A stretch of 64,000 bases of DNA from Zootoca vivipara (GCF_963506605.1 NC_083291.1:24428001-24492000), one strand, 5' to 3'; positions 43,601-57,712 are shown, counted from the first letter of the stretch. Made by a program: numbers and translations. Notes: a model not told the origin generated them from the sequence alone.

Positions 43601-46139
43601 TAGAGGTAAAATTGTAACTTGTATTGATCTTTATTCTTGCAATCAGTAATTTCTTGATCAGATCTAATTTGGCTTCTAAGAAGTTATGATTTCTAGTGTA
43701 AAGGAGACAGCTTTTCTGAGTCTTATGGTGGTATTTTGAGTAATTCCATTCCAGTTCCTAAATATGCAGAATTTCTAGTTTAATATTTGGTGCACCTTCT
43801 TAGGTAATGTACTAGAGAAAAAGAAATAAAAGAAATAATGTTTAGCCTAAGGTTTTTCCAGTACCAGTAGCAAGGAGGTAATACCTGGCACAGAATGAAA
43901 ACATGACAATTTGGTGGCTGAAGAAAGAGTTGCTTTATCTCCTGTCTTCCTGCTACTTTTTTTCTCCTCCTTGTGTGTGTCTTGCATGCACACACACACT
44001 TTTTATAATACAGTATTTTGGCATTGCTGTTTTTCATACAATGATAGAGGTGGGCCACATTTTTAGAAGTCAGTAGTATATAGGGATAGGTGCTTCAATG
44101 GGTAGCTGGGAGAAAGCTGAAGTTAGACGACTGTGTGTGGTGTAGCATTTATGCCACAAAGCATTGCATAATTGCCATATTTTTCTGTTAATAAAACAAG
44201 CATTGTGTTTTTTTAATTATTACAAAGTCTCTAAAATCTGTAGAAACAAAATATTCACAAATAAGATGGATTTCATCAAGAGGTTGTGTGCCGCACAAGA
44301 GAAGCAAGAGTGCATTTTTGCTCCAACGTCTTTTCTGGTGATGCAATTATTTGTGTATATTAAGTCTTCATGGAGAAAGTAGGTTGACCTAGAGCACTTA
44401 CTGTGTGCCATTACTAACTCAATATTAGTTTGCGTAAGCATTGTGTTCACACCAGTGTTTGGAAATGACTTGGGGGAGGGGAGTGGATAGTGTGTGCAGT
44501 TCTGGTTGAAAATATTGCACTCTAAAGACTAATTTCTTTTTGGCTTGACAGTATTGAAAATCTTTAATAGGGGGCTGCAGCCATAGAAGTAAGGCATTGT
44601 TTGTGTCCTTGTAGGGAGTAGGGAAGCACAACCAAGGGCATAAGTAGGACTGGATTGTTTGACTTTTATAGTATCCGCTGCACTATCAGGCAGTTGGGAG
44701 AGCGAGAGAGAGAGAGACAACAGCGCAAGTAGCACCCAGCTGTTCTGGTGCACAGTGATTTGTTCCCTTCATAAATATTGTGTCTGTTAAAAGCTTTAGC
44801 TGTTTAAATACATGGGTTTTAATGGTGCAGGACGTGGGCTTAAGGTGGGTTTATTAATGGTTGATGTTTGGAATGGGTCAGATTTTGTTTAGTAGCAAAG
44901 CAGATTTTAAGTTTGGAGTGAGGGAGAGCTTGGCTTAGAAACAAGTGAAATTCTTGAATTCCTTTCTGTTACTGCAAATGAAGTGTTACCACTGGGGTGT
45001 TCCAATTTCCCCCCTGAATTGGAGACTTTGATTTAGAATTTAAAAGCTGTCAGCATCCAGCACTTAATACACAATAGCATGGAGTGTGTAGATGCCCTAA
45101 ATATGGTAATTTGCAGTGAGTTTATTGTATATAATCATAAAAGAAACTTTGGTAAAACTAATCTTACTATTTCTCGATATAGATTTTTCCCATGGTTGAA
45201 TTTAAGCTTTGTTGTTAATAGTATGATAGGTTGTGAGGAACTGATTATTGGAAATATATCAGTGCCTCCAGACAGAGCTAGCATAAATTAAATGATGAAG
45301 TGTCTCACTTCCGCTGGGGAATGGTTTGTGCACATTCTCTGATGAATGCTAAGGGTTGTTGGTTTTTTTAACCGATTTTAATTTGGATATTTCTTCTTAC
45401 AAAGAAATTCATACGAATGTGGTGATGATGTCAGTGCTTGTACAGTGAATGTCTGATGTTGCTGCAATTTTAAGCAAACTTTCCTAGGAGCAAGTCCCAC
45501 TGAACTTAGGTATAATACATAATATTGTGCTATACATGAGCTATAAGTTTTACTATTTTATGGTCTTGTAGCTTTGAGAAAGTACCGTAACTTAGATGAA
45601 ATTTGTTCACAAAGCCAGTATGTGAAAAATGAGGGGGGAAGTTGTGGACCCAAGTGCTGATTTGCATGCAACAGGAAGCCAGCACTCTGTTTTCTTTCCT
45701 TCTGGCACAACAGAGGGGTTGGCATTCATTTGAGAAGTGTGCACCAGGATCCTTGTTCCCAGAAAGCCAAGTTTATTTAATTGTAGCTTTTCGTTAATTT
45801 GTGAACAGCTCAGTTTTCACACCTAGGCAGTATGAACCACAGAGCCGGAAATTCTTGGGCAACCAGGAACTTGAAGTAGTATCTGAGCTGTGCCAGTAGA
45901 GGAGCGTTTCCAATAGCATATATGAAACTTGAGCATTTTCTCATGCTTTGATAAAGTAGACTGAAGATAGTAGTCACCCAGCTTATCAGATTTGCAGTAT
46001 GAGACTATGCTCTCCCTACCCCTTTCTGTTGCCTTTCCTCACCTCATTTTAAATAAATAAATAAATGGTGGAACTGTTACTGTAACTATCCACAGGTCAG
46101 GATGCAACCCATTTGTGGGTCTCAGCCCCACTAATATTT

Positions 46140-46500
46140 ATTTATTTATTGCCCAGCCTTTACTGTAAGGTCCTAGGGTAGGTGACAACATCAAAACACA
46201 ATATTAAAAGCAGTTTAAAACAAGTTACGATCATCAAAATAAGGTGGGTCCTTAAAATATACATCCCAAGTTTCAAAAGCCAGGGTTAAAGAGGTGTGTC
46301 TTCAGCTTTCTGCAGAAGCTGTATAATGAAGGGGCCAGATGGACCTCTGTGGGGAGTGAGTTCCACAGCTTGTTGGCCACTACAGAGAATGCCCTCTCCC
46401 AGGCTGCCAGCCCCCAAGCCTCTTGACGGAGGAGGAACTACTGAGGGCTGCCTCTGCTAATCTCAGCAACCTAGGGGAGGGGGTAGTCTTTCAGATTTGG
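46140..46500 (-). mobile_element. L2-like LINE 3' fragment
   Basis: (TTTA)n tail, then GTTCCACAG...GGCCACTACAGAGAATGCCCT (reverse of the AFSVVA..LWN motif). Confidence 0.55.
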
Positions 46501-47208
46501 GGGCCCACTTGAATATGAATAAGGGCTGTATTAATGGCATCCCACATATGGTAGTCACCACAAAGTCATCATTTACAGGTACATAACTGTATATTAACCT
46601 AAAGGTGGGTAGTGTTCTGTTTCCATAATTTGTGTATTTGTCTTTTAAGCTGCACTGACCTGTCAAAGATAATATCTTTCAGATAAATGAAAACTGTATT
46701 TAAATACGTACATCTTAGATACTGTAAATACTATATGTATTAGAAAAGTACCGGTAACTGTAAGGGATATATTAAAGCTAGCTCAGCAGTGTAAATCACA
46801 TACCTAGTGGGTGTTGAGTGTACTTGTTGAGCTGCAACTCCATCTGTCTGTAGCTCCTTTAAGAATCCACAAACCTAGAGCCTATTGACATGAAAGTTGT
46901 GCTTAAGCAAGCATATTTCAAAATGGGTATACCGTAACCCTTATTCCCTTGTAACAATTCTCAGTTTGTACTCTGTTCTCTTCATTTTCCCCAGACATAA
47001 GAGAAAAAGTTTAGAGAGAATATGAGCAATAAACTACAATATTACCGAAGTTGTGAAACATCGAGACATTTAATCTCCAATTTGTTCTTTGGAAATGTAT
47101 AATGCCTAGTTCATTTCTTTCTTTCGGAAATGATTGTCCTAATAAATGATGATCTAAGTTACCCATTACTTTTTGATTTATTTATTTTATTACTCCTTTG
47201 CCCCACAG

Positions 47209-47402
47209 AGTGAAGATAGTCCAAGTCCCAAGAGACAGCGTCTTTCTCATTCAGTGTTTGACTATACAGCAGCATCACCAGCCCCATCACCACCAATGCG
47301 ACCATGGGAGATGACATCAAATAGGCAGCCTCCTTCAGCTCGACCAAGCCAACATCACTTCTCAGGGGAACGCTGCAACACACCTGCACGCAACAGAAGG
47401 AG
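47209..47402 (+). CDS. RNF38: RNF38 coding exon (SEDSPSPKRQRLS...MRPWEM...RNRR)
   Basis: Near-identical to vertebrate RNF38. CAG acceptor, non-canonical donor AG|GCAAGT. First in-frame ATG at 47296. Confidence 0.93.
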
Positions 47403-48329
47403 GCAAGTATAATAGCTGGACAATGGTTCTTAAGTCAGCCTTCCTGAGGATTGGAGCTGCTTACATATCAAGCTCTTTATTGAACAGCCATTTTCTAAGC
47501 TATCAAGTTTTATTACTATTAGAGTTAATTAAATAGTTATTTAAGGAGGTAGTGGTGTGTCTACTCTCCAGGTGTACATGTTTGTGGGTGCTAGTGTCCT
47601 GGAAGTCATGAGAACTTCACCAAGAATGTAGTGTTTTGTACTGAGACAAGTGAGTCTTATTACCTTATTGTACTGGTATTGTGAGAACTGATGCCTACTA
47701 CTTAGTTTACATCTTCTTCTTTTTGGTTTTTGACTGCCCGTGTTTAGTTATATTTAGTTTGGGTTTTTTTTAAAAGTTCATCTTCTTTCAAGGAATGCAT
47801 TATGTTTCCCACCCACCCCTTGTCTTCACAATAGAACTAAGGAGCGTTTGGCTTAACAATTGCACCAAATCGCCTAAGGAGCTTGACAGAGATGCCAACT
47901 GAGAAATAAACCTAAACAAAACTCCAAAGGAATATACCATGTCCGGCTACTCTTAGTAGTATTAACTTATTTTGTTGTGGTGCGAGTCGCGAACTTCATG
48001 GAGCTAAAATTGTACTGTGTTTCCAGGCACATACAAATGATTGATTGTCTTATAATTCTATCTTAAAATGCATTATTATTATTATTGTTGTTGTTGTTGT
48101 TTTGCTTAATGACTGTGGAGACAAAACTGAGGACAACTTTACAGCATTTGCTATAAAGACTGGTGAAAATGGATCTTCTTCGTAGTGCTTCCAGTAATGT
48201 GTTACCAGGGTGTTTTTTCCACATGTGTAAATTCCCTCCCTTCATGTTTGTATCTTATCCTTTCTCCAGGGAGTTCAGTATAGCATACATGTGAATTATT
48301 CACATTTATTTTTTATTTAATAATAATAA

Positions 48330-48366
<37 letters not shown>

Positions 48367-49477
48367 GCCACAACCCTTTGATGTAGGTTAGGCTGAGAAA
48401 TAACAAATGGGCCAAGGTCATTCCGTGAATTCATAGATGATAAAGGAATTGAACCCGCATCTCCATGATCAAAGCCCACCACTTTAAGAATGATCCTGTG
48501 GTAGAAGCAGTTTTAGATTGCCCCAGGCTGACTTTTCCGTGCACTGTAATGGGCTTAAAAGATTACATGAAATCTATCCTGTGCTGAGCTCATGTCATGT
48601 CCTACAGCATTGGTGAAGTTTCATGTAACTTTTGTGTCTTTGATGTGAAAGCCAGTCTTGGGCTGACCAATAACTGGCTATCATTGTTGTTTATAATTTA
48701 ATATATTTATATGCTGGTTTTAGGATGACTCTCAAAAATGGCTTACATGAAAATAAGTATCAATTAAAGCCATATAATAAAACAGGAAAGAATAATACTT
48801 TTTTGAAAGCTAGATTTCTCCTCTGAAGAGAAGGTGGTCCTTAGGTAGTCCTGTCTAATATTGGAGAAGGAAAGCTCACCTCAGCTGGAATTTGGGAGCT
48901 ATGAGGAGAGGAAGAAAGCAGTGAGAGGAAGTCTCAAAAAGAAGACTTTTAAAAGTCATGTGAATGAACCCAGAGCTTTGGAACACTTCTTGCTTGACAG
49001 TAAATTCCTCTTACCTACTATCAAGTTGTCCAATAATATGCATTAAGATTGCAGTGTGGAAGAAAAACCACCACATTTACATGATGGTCACGGAAAAGTT
49101 TGTCAGTTGGCAGCAGTCATCACAGGAAGAGTTAGTTACATAACTTCCAACTCATGTGATAAGTTCCGCTTGACCTTCATTACTGTTAACTCTGAATTTC
49201 AGGGAGAAAGGCGCTAGGTGATCGCTTTGGTATTATTATTTGGTTGGAAACTACAGATGATTGTAATCCATATTTTCTTATAGCTGCCAAGTTTTTTTAA
49301 GCAACTGCTATTTGCCTTCCGGTATTCTGTTTTCTTGATAAGGAAAATGATGTTAAGTGTTTACAGATCCATCCGATTTACATAAATTTTGGAATGCAGA
49401 AAGAAAATTACAAGTTTGAAGTTCATAGTCCATCCTTGAACAAAGGAGCTTCAGGGGGATTAACACTACATGTATTA

Positions 49478-49712
49478 CCGTGTTTCTCATATTATAAGAC
49501 ATGTCTTATATTTATTTTTTCCTCAAAAAAACACACTATGGCTTATTTTCAAGGGATGTCTTATTTTTTTCCTCCTCCTTCTGCCGTGGCCGGCATTGCT
49601 GCTACGCCTATCACTATGTCTTATTTTCGGGGTATGGCTTATATTCCTTGAATGCTTAAAAATCCTGCTATGGCTTATTTTATGGGTATGTCTTAAAATA
49701 TGAGAAACAGGG
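49478..49712. mobile_element. Short (235-bp) copy of the CCGTGTTTCTCATAT MITE
   Basis: TA|CCGTGTTTCTCATATTATAAGAC...AATATGAGAAACAGGG|TA. Opposite orientation to 33586-36619. Confidence 0.9.
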
Positions 49713-50039
49713 TAATTGGCTTGCTAATGCCAGGACTTCTGTGTCATCAACTACTGTTTGTGTGAATAGCCACTGTTAATTAAAACCATTATCACTGGCT
49801 GTACTTTTCTGCATTTCATATCCTTCTGACCTCTGATTATAATCCTTTCCCCTGCATACAGTCACGTGTATATGTACTAGCAACTCAGATTAACATTTCA
49901 TGCAGCTGATGGAATAGTCCAAGAAAGCTTATGCCATAATAAAAGTGTACATCTTTAAGGGGCCACAAGATTCTTTGTTTAATCTAGAAGGGAAAGGTGT
50001 GTAAAAATAAATAAATTTGTCCAATTTGATTATTTGCAG

Positions 50040-50247
50040 CCCTCCCGTTAGACGCCAGAGAGCAAGAAGAGATCGATTATCTCGACATAATTCCATTAGT
50101 CAAGATGAGAACTACCATCTCCCCTACGGACAACAAGCAATAGAAGAACCCCGAGCCTTCCACCCTCCGAATGTATCTCCCCGTATGTTGCACCCAGCTG
50201 CTCATCCACCACAGCAAAACGCAGTGATGGTTGACATTCATGAACAG
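50040..50247 (+). CDS. RNF38: RNF38 coding exon (SPPVRRQRARRDRL...VDIHEQ)
   Basis: Protein match; AG acceptor, GTATTT donor. Confidence 0.95.
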
Positions 50248-50499
50248 GTATTTGAAAAGATGGAGCAGTGTATTCCTAACTCCTGGTAGATAGGTTACAC
50301 TTTGTGATTTAAAATTGGAGGTTACACTTCCCTTGTGCGCCAAAAAGGTTTTTTAATTTCTAATGTATAAAGATAACACCCCTCTCCTCACTGTTTTGGG
50401 TGTGCTGCCTCTGAGGCTGGATAATGGTTTTCTGTTCAATGGCTCTCAATGCAGACAGTCTAATCACAGCTGCTGCAGAGACATGGGGGGTGTTGCTGT

Positions 50500-50745
50500 A
50501 ATAAAAGCCCTGCTTGATCAGACCAAAGGCCCATCCAATCCAGCATCCTGTTCTCACAGTGGCCAACCAGATGCCTGTGGGAAGACCATAAGCAGGACAT
50601 AACCCAGTAACACTCTTCCCCCCTCATGTTCCCTAACAACTGGTACCTAGAAGTATACATCCTCAATACTGGAGCTATTACACAGCTGTCGTGACTTACA
50701 GTCATTGAAAACCATAGCCTTCATGAATTTGTCTAATCTTTTAAA
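50500..50745 (-). mobile_element. CR1-like LINE 3' fragment
   Basis: GATCAGACCAAAGGCCCATC...CCAGCATCCTGTTCTCACAGTGGCCAACCAGATGCC. A related copy lies in the opposite orientation near 61740-61915. Confidence 0.55.
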
Positions 50746-51210
50746 TCCGTGTTTGGCTAAAGGCCACACATCTTCACATTGAGGGTATTTGTCTCTTAAC
50801 ATTTCACACTATGCTGTTCCTGTTGTCCACAAGACAAATGCAGTCATGTGATTGCATGAATTCAGAATGGCATGGAGAACAATACATACTTGCTTTACAG
50901 AAAGAAGGGTGCTGGGGGGGGCAGAAGATGGTAACTCTTGCCATTTCTTCTCAATTGACTTGATTCAATTTTTAGAAGGTCAGTGGTGACTTGCACAATT
51001 TCACTATAGGTAGCCAGTTGACAGTATTTGTGAACAGTGTCCTAACCTGGTTATAGTGCATATGTGGAAACCTGGAACTGAGTCATCTCGAGTGTTTTCA
51101 TATATTTTGTTTCTAAATCCTGTCTTTGTTTGGTTTTGAAATATTTGCTAATAGTCTTCGTGCTGTGAAAGAAAAAAGGGAAAAGTTGAGCATCCTTCTG
51201 AGGTTGGTAA

Positions 51211-51507
<297 letters not shown>

Positions 51508-51988
51508 TGAATTTTCTCTATATTTACTTGGAAATCACGTATTACGTAGGGTGGTGTGACTTCTAGTTAAGTGTAAAGATGATTTTAGCCTTCATATGAG
51601 AATACTTCATCAAGATTTTATGTATATTCCACAAACTTTTAATTATTTTATCGGTAGAATTTTGTGGGGTGGGGGGGTTGGATGATTGTTAGCCTTCTGT
51701 GCTCTGTAAAATAATTAGCACACTGAAACTCTTGAAAAAATCTAAAACATAATCCCTTTCTATGCAGTAAAAAAATCTGAACCCAAGTAATCCAGATTTA
51801 TGGTCCAAAGAGAGATGGAGCCTCATCCTCCGTGTTCAGATTTCAACAACTTCTGTCTTTATTTTGTTTCTCCATCTTTTCCATGGGAACTCTGTTCGCT
51901 ATGGATTGTGCTTTATTCTTAAGAATGTAATGAGGAATCAAATACTATGTTTTCTATAACGTTTGTGAATGTTTCTTTTCTTTTTCAG

Positions 51989-52159
51989 ATGCTTCAGGCA
52001 TGTTCTGTTCAACACTTACCAGTTCCATACGCGGCATTCCCACCTCTCATTTCTAGTGATCCGTTTCTTTTGCATCCTCCACACCTCTCCCCACATCATG
52101 CTCCACACCTGCCACCTCCAGGCCAGTTCGTTCCCTTTCAGACACAACAGTCTCGGTCG
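51989..52159 (+). CDS. RNF38: RNF38 coding exon (MLQACSVQHL...QQSRS)
   Basis: Protein match; AG acceptor, GTAGGT donor. Confidence 0.96.
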
Positions 52160-53370
52160 GTAGGTATCTTTTAAAAAGCAAAACAAAAAAAACCTTACTT
52201 CCTCTAGTAGTTGGTTCTGGAACAGTGGATTTAAGGTGGGATGTGTTGGTTGGCTGCCTGGAAAAGGAGCCAAAATCTTTCAGCCAAAAATCATGAAAAC
52301 CTTTCAAGTTAGAGCAAAGCTTCTAGTATAGAAGTCTGTGAACTGCAAATTCTGATCTACGAGCTGAAAGCCGTAGCTGCTTTAATTTCCAGTCTGCTAG
52401 AAAAGCAGAAGCAAAATGGAATCTGAGTGTTTTCCAGCACTAGTTTCAGAGAAACTGAACTACAGAGAAAAAAGCTGGAGCTCTTACTATTTCGAATGGC
52501 CGTGTTCCTTTTTAAGCCTTAAGTGCATCTAGAGATTGAGAGCTTTTTTGAAAGATGGCATTTCATATTTGCAGTCCATGGTGTGTGTTAAATTTCTTTA
52601 CATCCCATACTATTAACCATTGTTATACGGCACACATAGTATTTGAGAGGTTCAGATGGGCTTTTTAATCTCATTTGTGGAAAAACGGTCTCCTGGTGCT
52701 TCCAAAAAGGTATTCGAACTGAAACTCAAAGCAGATCTATAGGGGATTCTATAATTGTGAGACAGTTGCTGATAATTTCTCTCTGAAGGAAAAGTGGGCT
52801 ATGTAGAATGGAATGAATGGTGATATAGACCTCTCTGTCCTTCAGCACAGTGGGTGCCTGTTCCTTATCATTTTAGTTTTTCCTATCATCCAGAAATAGA
52901 AAAGTACAACTAATTTGGTTGATAAACTGCAATGAGAGTTAATGTAGGACAGGGTTTCACAAAATGGGATTGCCTGATCCCCTGCTTTCCCAGGGAAGGG
53001 GCATTGCATGTGCATAAAATTGGTGGGTCACCCTGTAACAATAGAAATCTGATGATAAGTAACCTGATAGGCAACCAGAGCAGCTCTTGAGTGGACTGAA
53101 TGTGCAACAAAATGTGGCCTTCTCAGCCTCCAGGTTTAAAAGTGGAGGCTAGCACACACTCAAAAAACACCCCACTCTGAAAGCCTCAAGCTAGGGATGT
53201 AAAAGGTCATTTTGCATTCTAAGCAACCAGAGTGTTACCACGTATACTGTAGATACAGATCCTGGAACAAATGAATGTTCTCGGTTACGTAGTAGCAGGA
53301 AAAAGTGGCACAAAATCATAACATTTGTACTGAAATAGGCAGCAAATATCTAATTACAATTTGATAAATA

Positions 53371-53780
53371 CAGTGGTACCTCGGTTTAAGTACACAATTG
53401 GTTCCGGAAGTCTGTATTTAACCTGAAGCGAACTTTCCCATTGAAAGTAATGGAAAGTGGATTAATCCATTCCAGACGGTCCACGGAGTACTTAAACTGA
53501 AGCGTACTTAACCTGAAGCGAACTTTCCCATTGAAAGTAATGGAAAGTGGATTAATCCGTAACAGATGGGTCCACGAAGTACTCAACCTGAAGCATGCTA
53601 ACCCGAAGTATGAGTGTAATTGGTTCTGGAAGTCCGTACTTAACCTGAAGCATACTTAACCTGAAGCGAACTTTCCCATTGAAAGTAATGGAAAGTGGAT
53701 TAATCTGTTCTAGGCGGGTCCGCGGAGTACTTAAACTGAAAGTACTGAAACCGAAGCGTCCTTAAACCGAGGTATGGCTG
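53371..53780. mobile_element. Tc1/mariner-superfamily MITE with internal triplication
   Basis: TA|CAGTGGTACCTCGGTTTAAG...CTTAAACCGAGGTATGGCTG|TA. The block AACCTGAAGCGAACTTTCCCATTGAAAGTAATGGAAAGTGGATTAATC occurs three times. Confidence 0.88.
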
Positions 53781-54000
53781 TACTCGGAACAGAGTTATTA
53801 AGCATGAGAAACTTGAATTTCTGACAAAATACACAGTGAAAACACACACCAATTGAAAAAAGTCATACTTCAGTGCAGTATGAATATGTTTTTACTGTGT
53901 AATATTGACTAGATAAACTTTGACAAATAACTATTCTTGGCAAATAACTGGTAAATTTTATGTTTCACAAATGTTCGTGCTTTTTTCCCCTCTCCCATAG

Positions 54001-54162
54001 CCTCTTCAAAGGATAGAGAATGAAGTAGAGTTGCTTGGAGACCATCTTCCTGTAGGAGGTTTCACCTATCCGCCTTCAGCCCACCCACCAACATTGCCTC
54101 CCTCAGCCCCACTGCAGTTCTTAACGCATGACCCTTTGCACCAAGAGGTGTCCTTTGGAATA
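54001..54162 (+). CDS. RNF38: RNF38 coding exon (PLQRIENEVE...VSFGI)
   Basis: Protein match; TAG acceptor, GTAAGT donor. Confidence 0.96.
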
Positions 54163-54517
54163 GTAAGTGATGGCTTTCAGCATTTTGCTGTGATTTTCAC
54201 TACACATTTATTTCACATTATGATTCTACTAGCATGTTCTGAATTGTTTCCCTGCCCCCTTTGAACGTGCACATTTACTTATTTATTTACATTAACCTAA
54301 ACATGTGCAACTTGGAAACAGAAAATAATTGAGCCTTGGTTGGGTAGAGAGATGCTCTCGTGGGTGGAAGGAAGGGAAGGTGATACATGCCGATTTTTTA
54401 TTTTCAAAGCAGCTACCCCTATCCCCCCCCCAAAAAAAAATCAGCTCCAGAGGGTTGGGGGGAGGATGGGAGGAAGCACTGGGGACTGCTGGGGTGCTGT
54501 GGGAATCAGCAGAACTA

Positions 54518-55438
54518 CCGTATATACTGGCGTATTAGACGGCTTTTGAACCCAGGAATTTTTTTTCAAAAGTTCGGGGCCCGTCTTATACGCCGGGTCC
54601 AAGAATCTGCAGTCACCGCATACGGTGGGGGGAGCTCAAAAACGGCCGCATCCCCACTGTATGCAGTGACCCTATGAACGCAAAGAAGCGCGCTCGTGAG
54701 GGGGCTGCTCCCCGCCAGGGAGAATGGCTCCCTCATGGCTTTGTGACCTGGATCAGCGCAGAGATACAGTTTTGTGTATTTCATTGGTGTCAAGCTGCTG
54801 CCTCTTCTCTTTTTGTCAGCGCAAAGCAAAGGGATCTCTCTGTCTCTCTCTCTCTCTCTCCGCTCTCTCTTTCACTGCTGCTCAGCGTCTTTCGCTGGCT
54901 GTGTGAGCCTCCGATGTCTCTGCCCCTCTATCGCTATCCTCTCTATGGTTTCTTTCCCCCCCTTTTGCTCGATGTCTCTGCCTCCCTCTCCCTCTCCCTG
55001 GCTTCTATTCCCCTTTTGCTCACTGAGCCAGCCTCGTTGTCTCTCTCTCCGCTCTCTCTTTCACTGCTGCTCAGCGTCTTTCGCTGGCTGTGTGAGCCTC
55101 CGATGTCTCTGCCCCTCTATCGCTATCCTCTCTATGGTTTCTTTCCCCCCCTTTTGCTCGATGTCTCTGCCTCCCTCTCCCTCTCCCTCCTTTTGATCGA
55201 TGTCTCTGCTTCTCTATCTCTCCTCTCTCTGGCTTCTTTCCCCCTCTCAATAACTAAGCAAGCAAGCAAACAAACAAACCACCATTTCCCCGGCTGCAGA
55301 CTTGAGTGCTGGAGAAGACAGCCTCCCCTCCCCTCCCCGCCAAAAAAGGGCTGGAGTACATCCCAAATTCTATATTTTAATTTGAAAAGTAAGGGGTCGT
55401 CTTATACGCCCAGTCACCTTATACGCCAGCATATACGG
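54518..55438. mobile_element. TA-flanked MITE (CCGTATAT ends) with internal pyrimidine-rich duplication
   Basis: TA|CCGTATATACTGGCGTAT...ATACGCCAGCATATACGG|TA, subterminal CGTCTTATACG motifs. A ~150-bp block is duplicated with 189-bp period. Confidence 0.88.
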
Positions 55439-55742
55439 TAGCCCCCACCCCCAAGAGTGCCCAGTTTGCAGAACAGGATTCTTTACTAGATTTGACTTGG
55501 TTTCTAATCCACAAGTGGAAAAAACCCTCCTTTTCATAGATCAGCAGGTTTGAATCCAACTCTAGAATTGGGACCAGTCTAAACAGAAGTTTTTCATCAA
55601 ATTTCCGATAAGCCAGAAATGGAATTGTTTGGTTAAGGGAAGATTCACTGCGGTGAAAACGCTTCTGAAATGTAAAAGTATGACTTTTCCAGTGCCACCG
55701 TGGGCTGATGGACTGCTGAAATTTCCCCCCTGTTTGCATTAG

Positions 55743-55849
55743 CCTTACCCGCCTTTCATGCCTCGAAGACTCACAGGACGCAGCAGATATCGATCTCAAC
55801 AGCCAATACCGCCACCTCCTTACCATCCCAGCCTATTGCCATATGTGCT
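55743..55849 (+). CDS. RNF38: RNF38 coding exon (PYPPFMPRRLTGRSRYRSQQ...PYVL)
   Basis: Translated by hand (absent from the ORF track); TAG acceptor, GTAAGT donor. Confidence 0.95.
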
Positions 55850-57146
55850 GTAAGTCTCATTGTCTTTGTAGCTGTCCTTGGTAGCCTGGCTGTAGGAAGG
55901 ATAACACCGTTTTCTGAAAACAGCAGCCTAGAGTTGTCCCCCATAAAGGGCACCCTCTGCTTCAGTACAAGACAGGTTAAGGGAGACCTCAAATATTTTT
56001 ATTGGTAACTAGTGTGGATGCTGTAACATGATCCTAAGTGCTTCAAGTAAACAGAGCAATCCTATGAGAAGTTCTCCTACCCATCCCCATTATGATGAAC
56101 TGTGGCCTTACAAGAACAGCACTGCGTTTTCATGCTGCTCGCATTCATTGAAATGAGACTTGGAGAATTTTCTTGCTTTGTTTCCCTCCTCTGTACCCTG
56201 CAACAAATGAGAGCAGTCCCTGCCTCTCAGCCAAACCCTCTGGGTGTGCCAGAGGACTGAGAGGGTACAAGTAAACCAAGCCTTGGTTGTGGTACAATCT
56301 TCATATGAAGCATGTGGTCTGCCCTTCTCAGATGAATTATTGTGGGCCGAAACATGTTTAAACAAGGCTTTTAAATCCAATGCCAAACCATGGTTGAAAA
56401 ACATCATGGTTTGTACGCCAACAATAAACCATGACTTCACATCACGCTTTGTTTCCAGAAAACAAAACATGGTTAGTTTTCTGGGTTAGCCAAACTGGAC
56501 TTTGAATAAACAAACCATAGCTTGGCATTATGTGTGAATCAGGCCACTCTGTAAGCAGGTGGTATTATATGTTTTAATAGCTTCAGTGCTTCTGTACGTG
56601 AACCTGTGACAGAGAAATGTTTTTCCTTCTGCTGCCCAATTCACAATTACTTAGAGCCTGCCTGTGCCTTCTGAGGTATACCAGGTGCCTACTGAGTAAA
56701 GGGTCTTAATGGTGGTGGCACCTTGACTGGCAATGTTCTCTACAGGGAGGCTTGCTAAGCTCTTGTCATGTGATTTTGACACTAGGCAGAGGCACTTACG
56801 GTAGATTATTGTAATTTTAACCTTTTCTAAGCCAGCCTGGAACCCATTTAAAGGGCAACGCATCAATCAAATATCAAAATGAATAATAAGCTAAGTTAAA
56901 ATACATTTTAAAAAACACCTGTCCAGCTTGCCTCTCTGGAAGCATGGGCATGTGTGATCCAATGTGGAGAGCCAGCTTTATACAGATTAGTTAATAGCAT
57001 GACCTAGTACTGAATTGGAACCAAATTTGTATTTAAATTCTTGACCAGTTTTGAAAGCCTTTAGGCACAGACCCAAAATTAGCAGCTCTTTCTCTGTATG
57101 TGTACAAGTAGTAAATCATGATGCTAACTTCCTTTTTTTCCTGCAG

Positions 57147-57231
57147 ATCAATGCTTCCAGTGCCACCCGCAGTTGGCCCAGCCTTCAGTTTTGAGCTGGA
57201 TGTAGAAGACGGCGAGGTGGAAAACTATGAG
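57147..57231 (+). CDS. RNF38: RNF38 coding exon (SMLPVPPAVG...VENYE)
   Basis: Protein match; CAG acceptor, GTTGGT donor. Confidence 0.95.
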
Positions 57232-57361
57232 GTTGGTTACAGATTCCACATTTATGCAAACCATGAGGCTTTGAATACATTCCTTAAATTGGTTCCTGAA
57301 TATGTTGCTTATTAAACTAGCAAACTGCATTTTGCTGGAATGACAAAAAATAATAATGCAG

Positions 57362-57712
57362 AAAGGTAAAGGGACCCCTGACCATTAGGTCCAGTCGTGA
57401 CCGACTCTGGGGTTGCGGCGCTCATCTTGCTCTATTTGCCGAGGGAGCCGGCGTACAGCTTCCAGGTCATGTGGCCAGCATGACTAAGCCGCTTCTGGTG
57501 AACCAGAGCCGCACACGGAAACGCCATTTACCTTCCCACCGGAGCAGTACCTATTTATCTATTCGCACTTTGACGTGCTTTTGAACTGCTAGGTTGGCAG
57601 GAGCTGGGACTGAACAACGGCAGCTCACCCTGTTGCGGGGATTTGAACCGCCAACCTTCTGATCGGCAAGCCCTAGACTTTGTGGTTTAACCCACAGCAC
57701 CACCCGCATCCC
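57362..57712 (-). mobile_element. Sauria SINE, full length
   Basis: Homologous to 5207-5548. 11-bp TSD TAATAATGCAG. Confidence 0.9.

Noticed and set aside
37895-47208. Human-type MACK first exon and the following ISPGANS... exon
   Set aside because: No matching sequence was found by eye in this interval. They may be absent or diverged, or I may have missed them.
54674-55441. 255-aa Leu/Ser-rich ORF
   Set aside because: Low-complexity CT-rich duplicated interior of a MITE inside an RNF38 intron.
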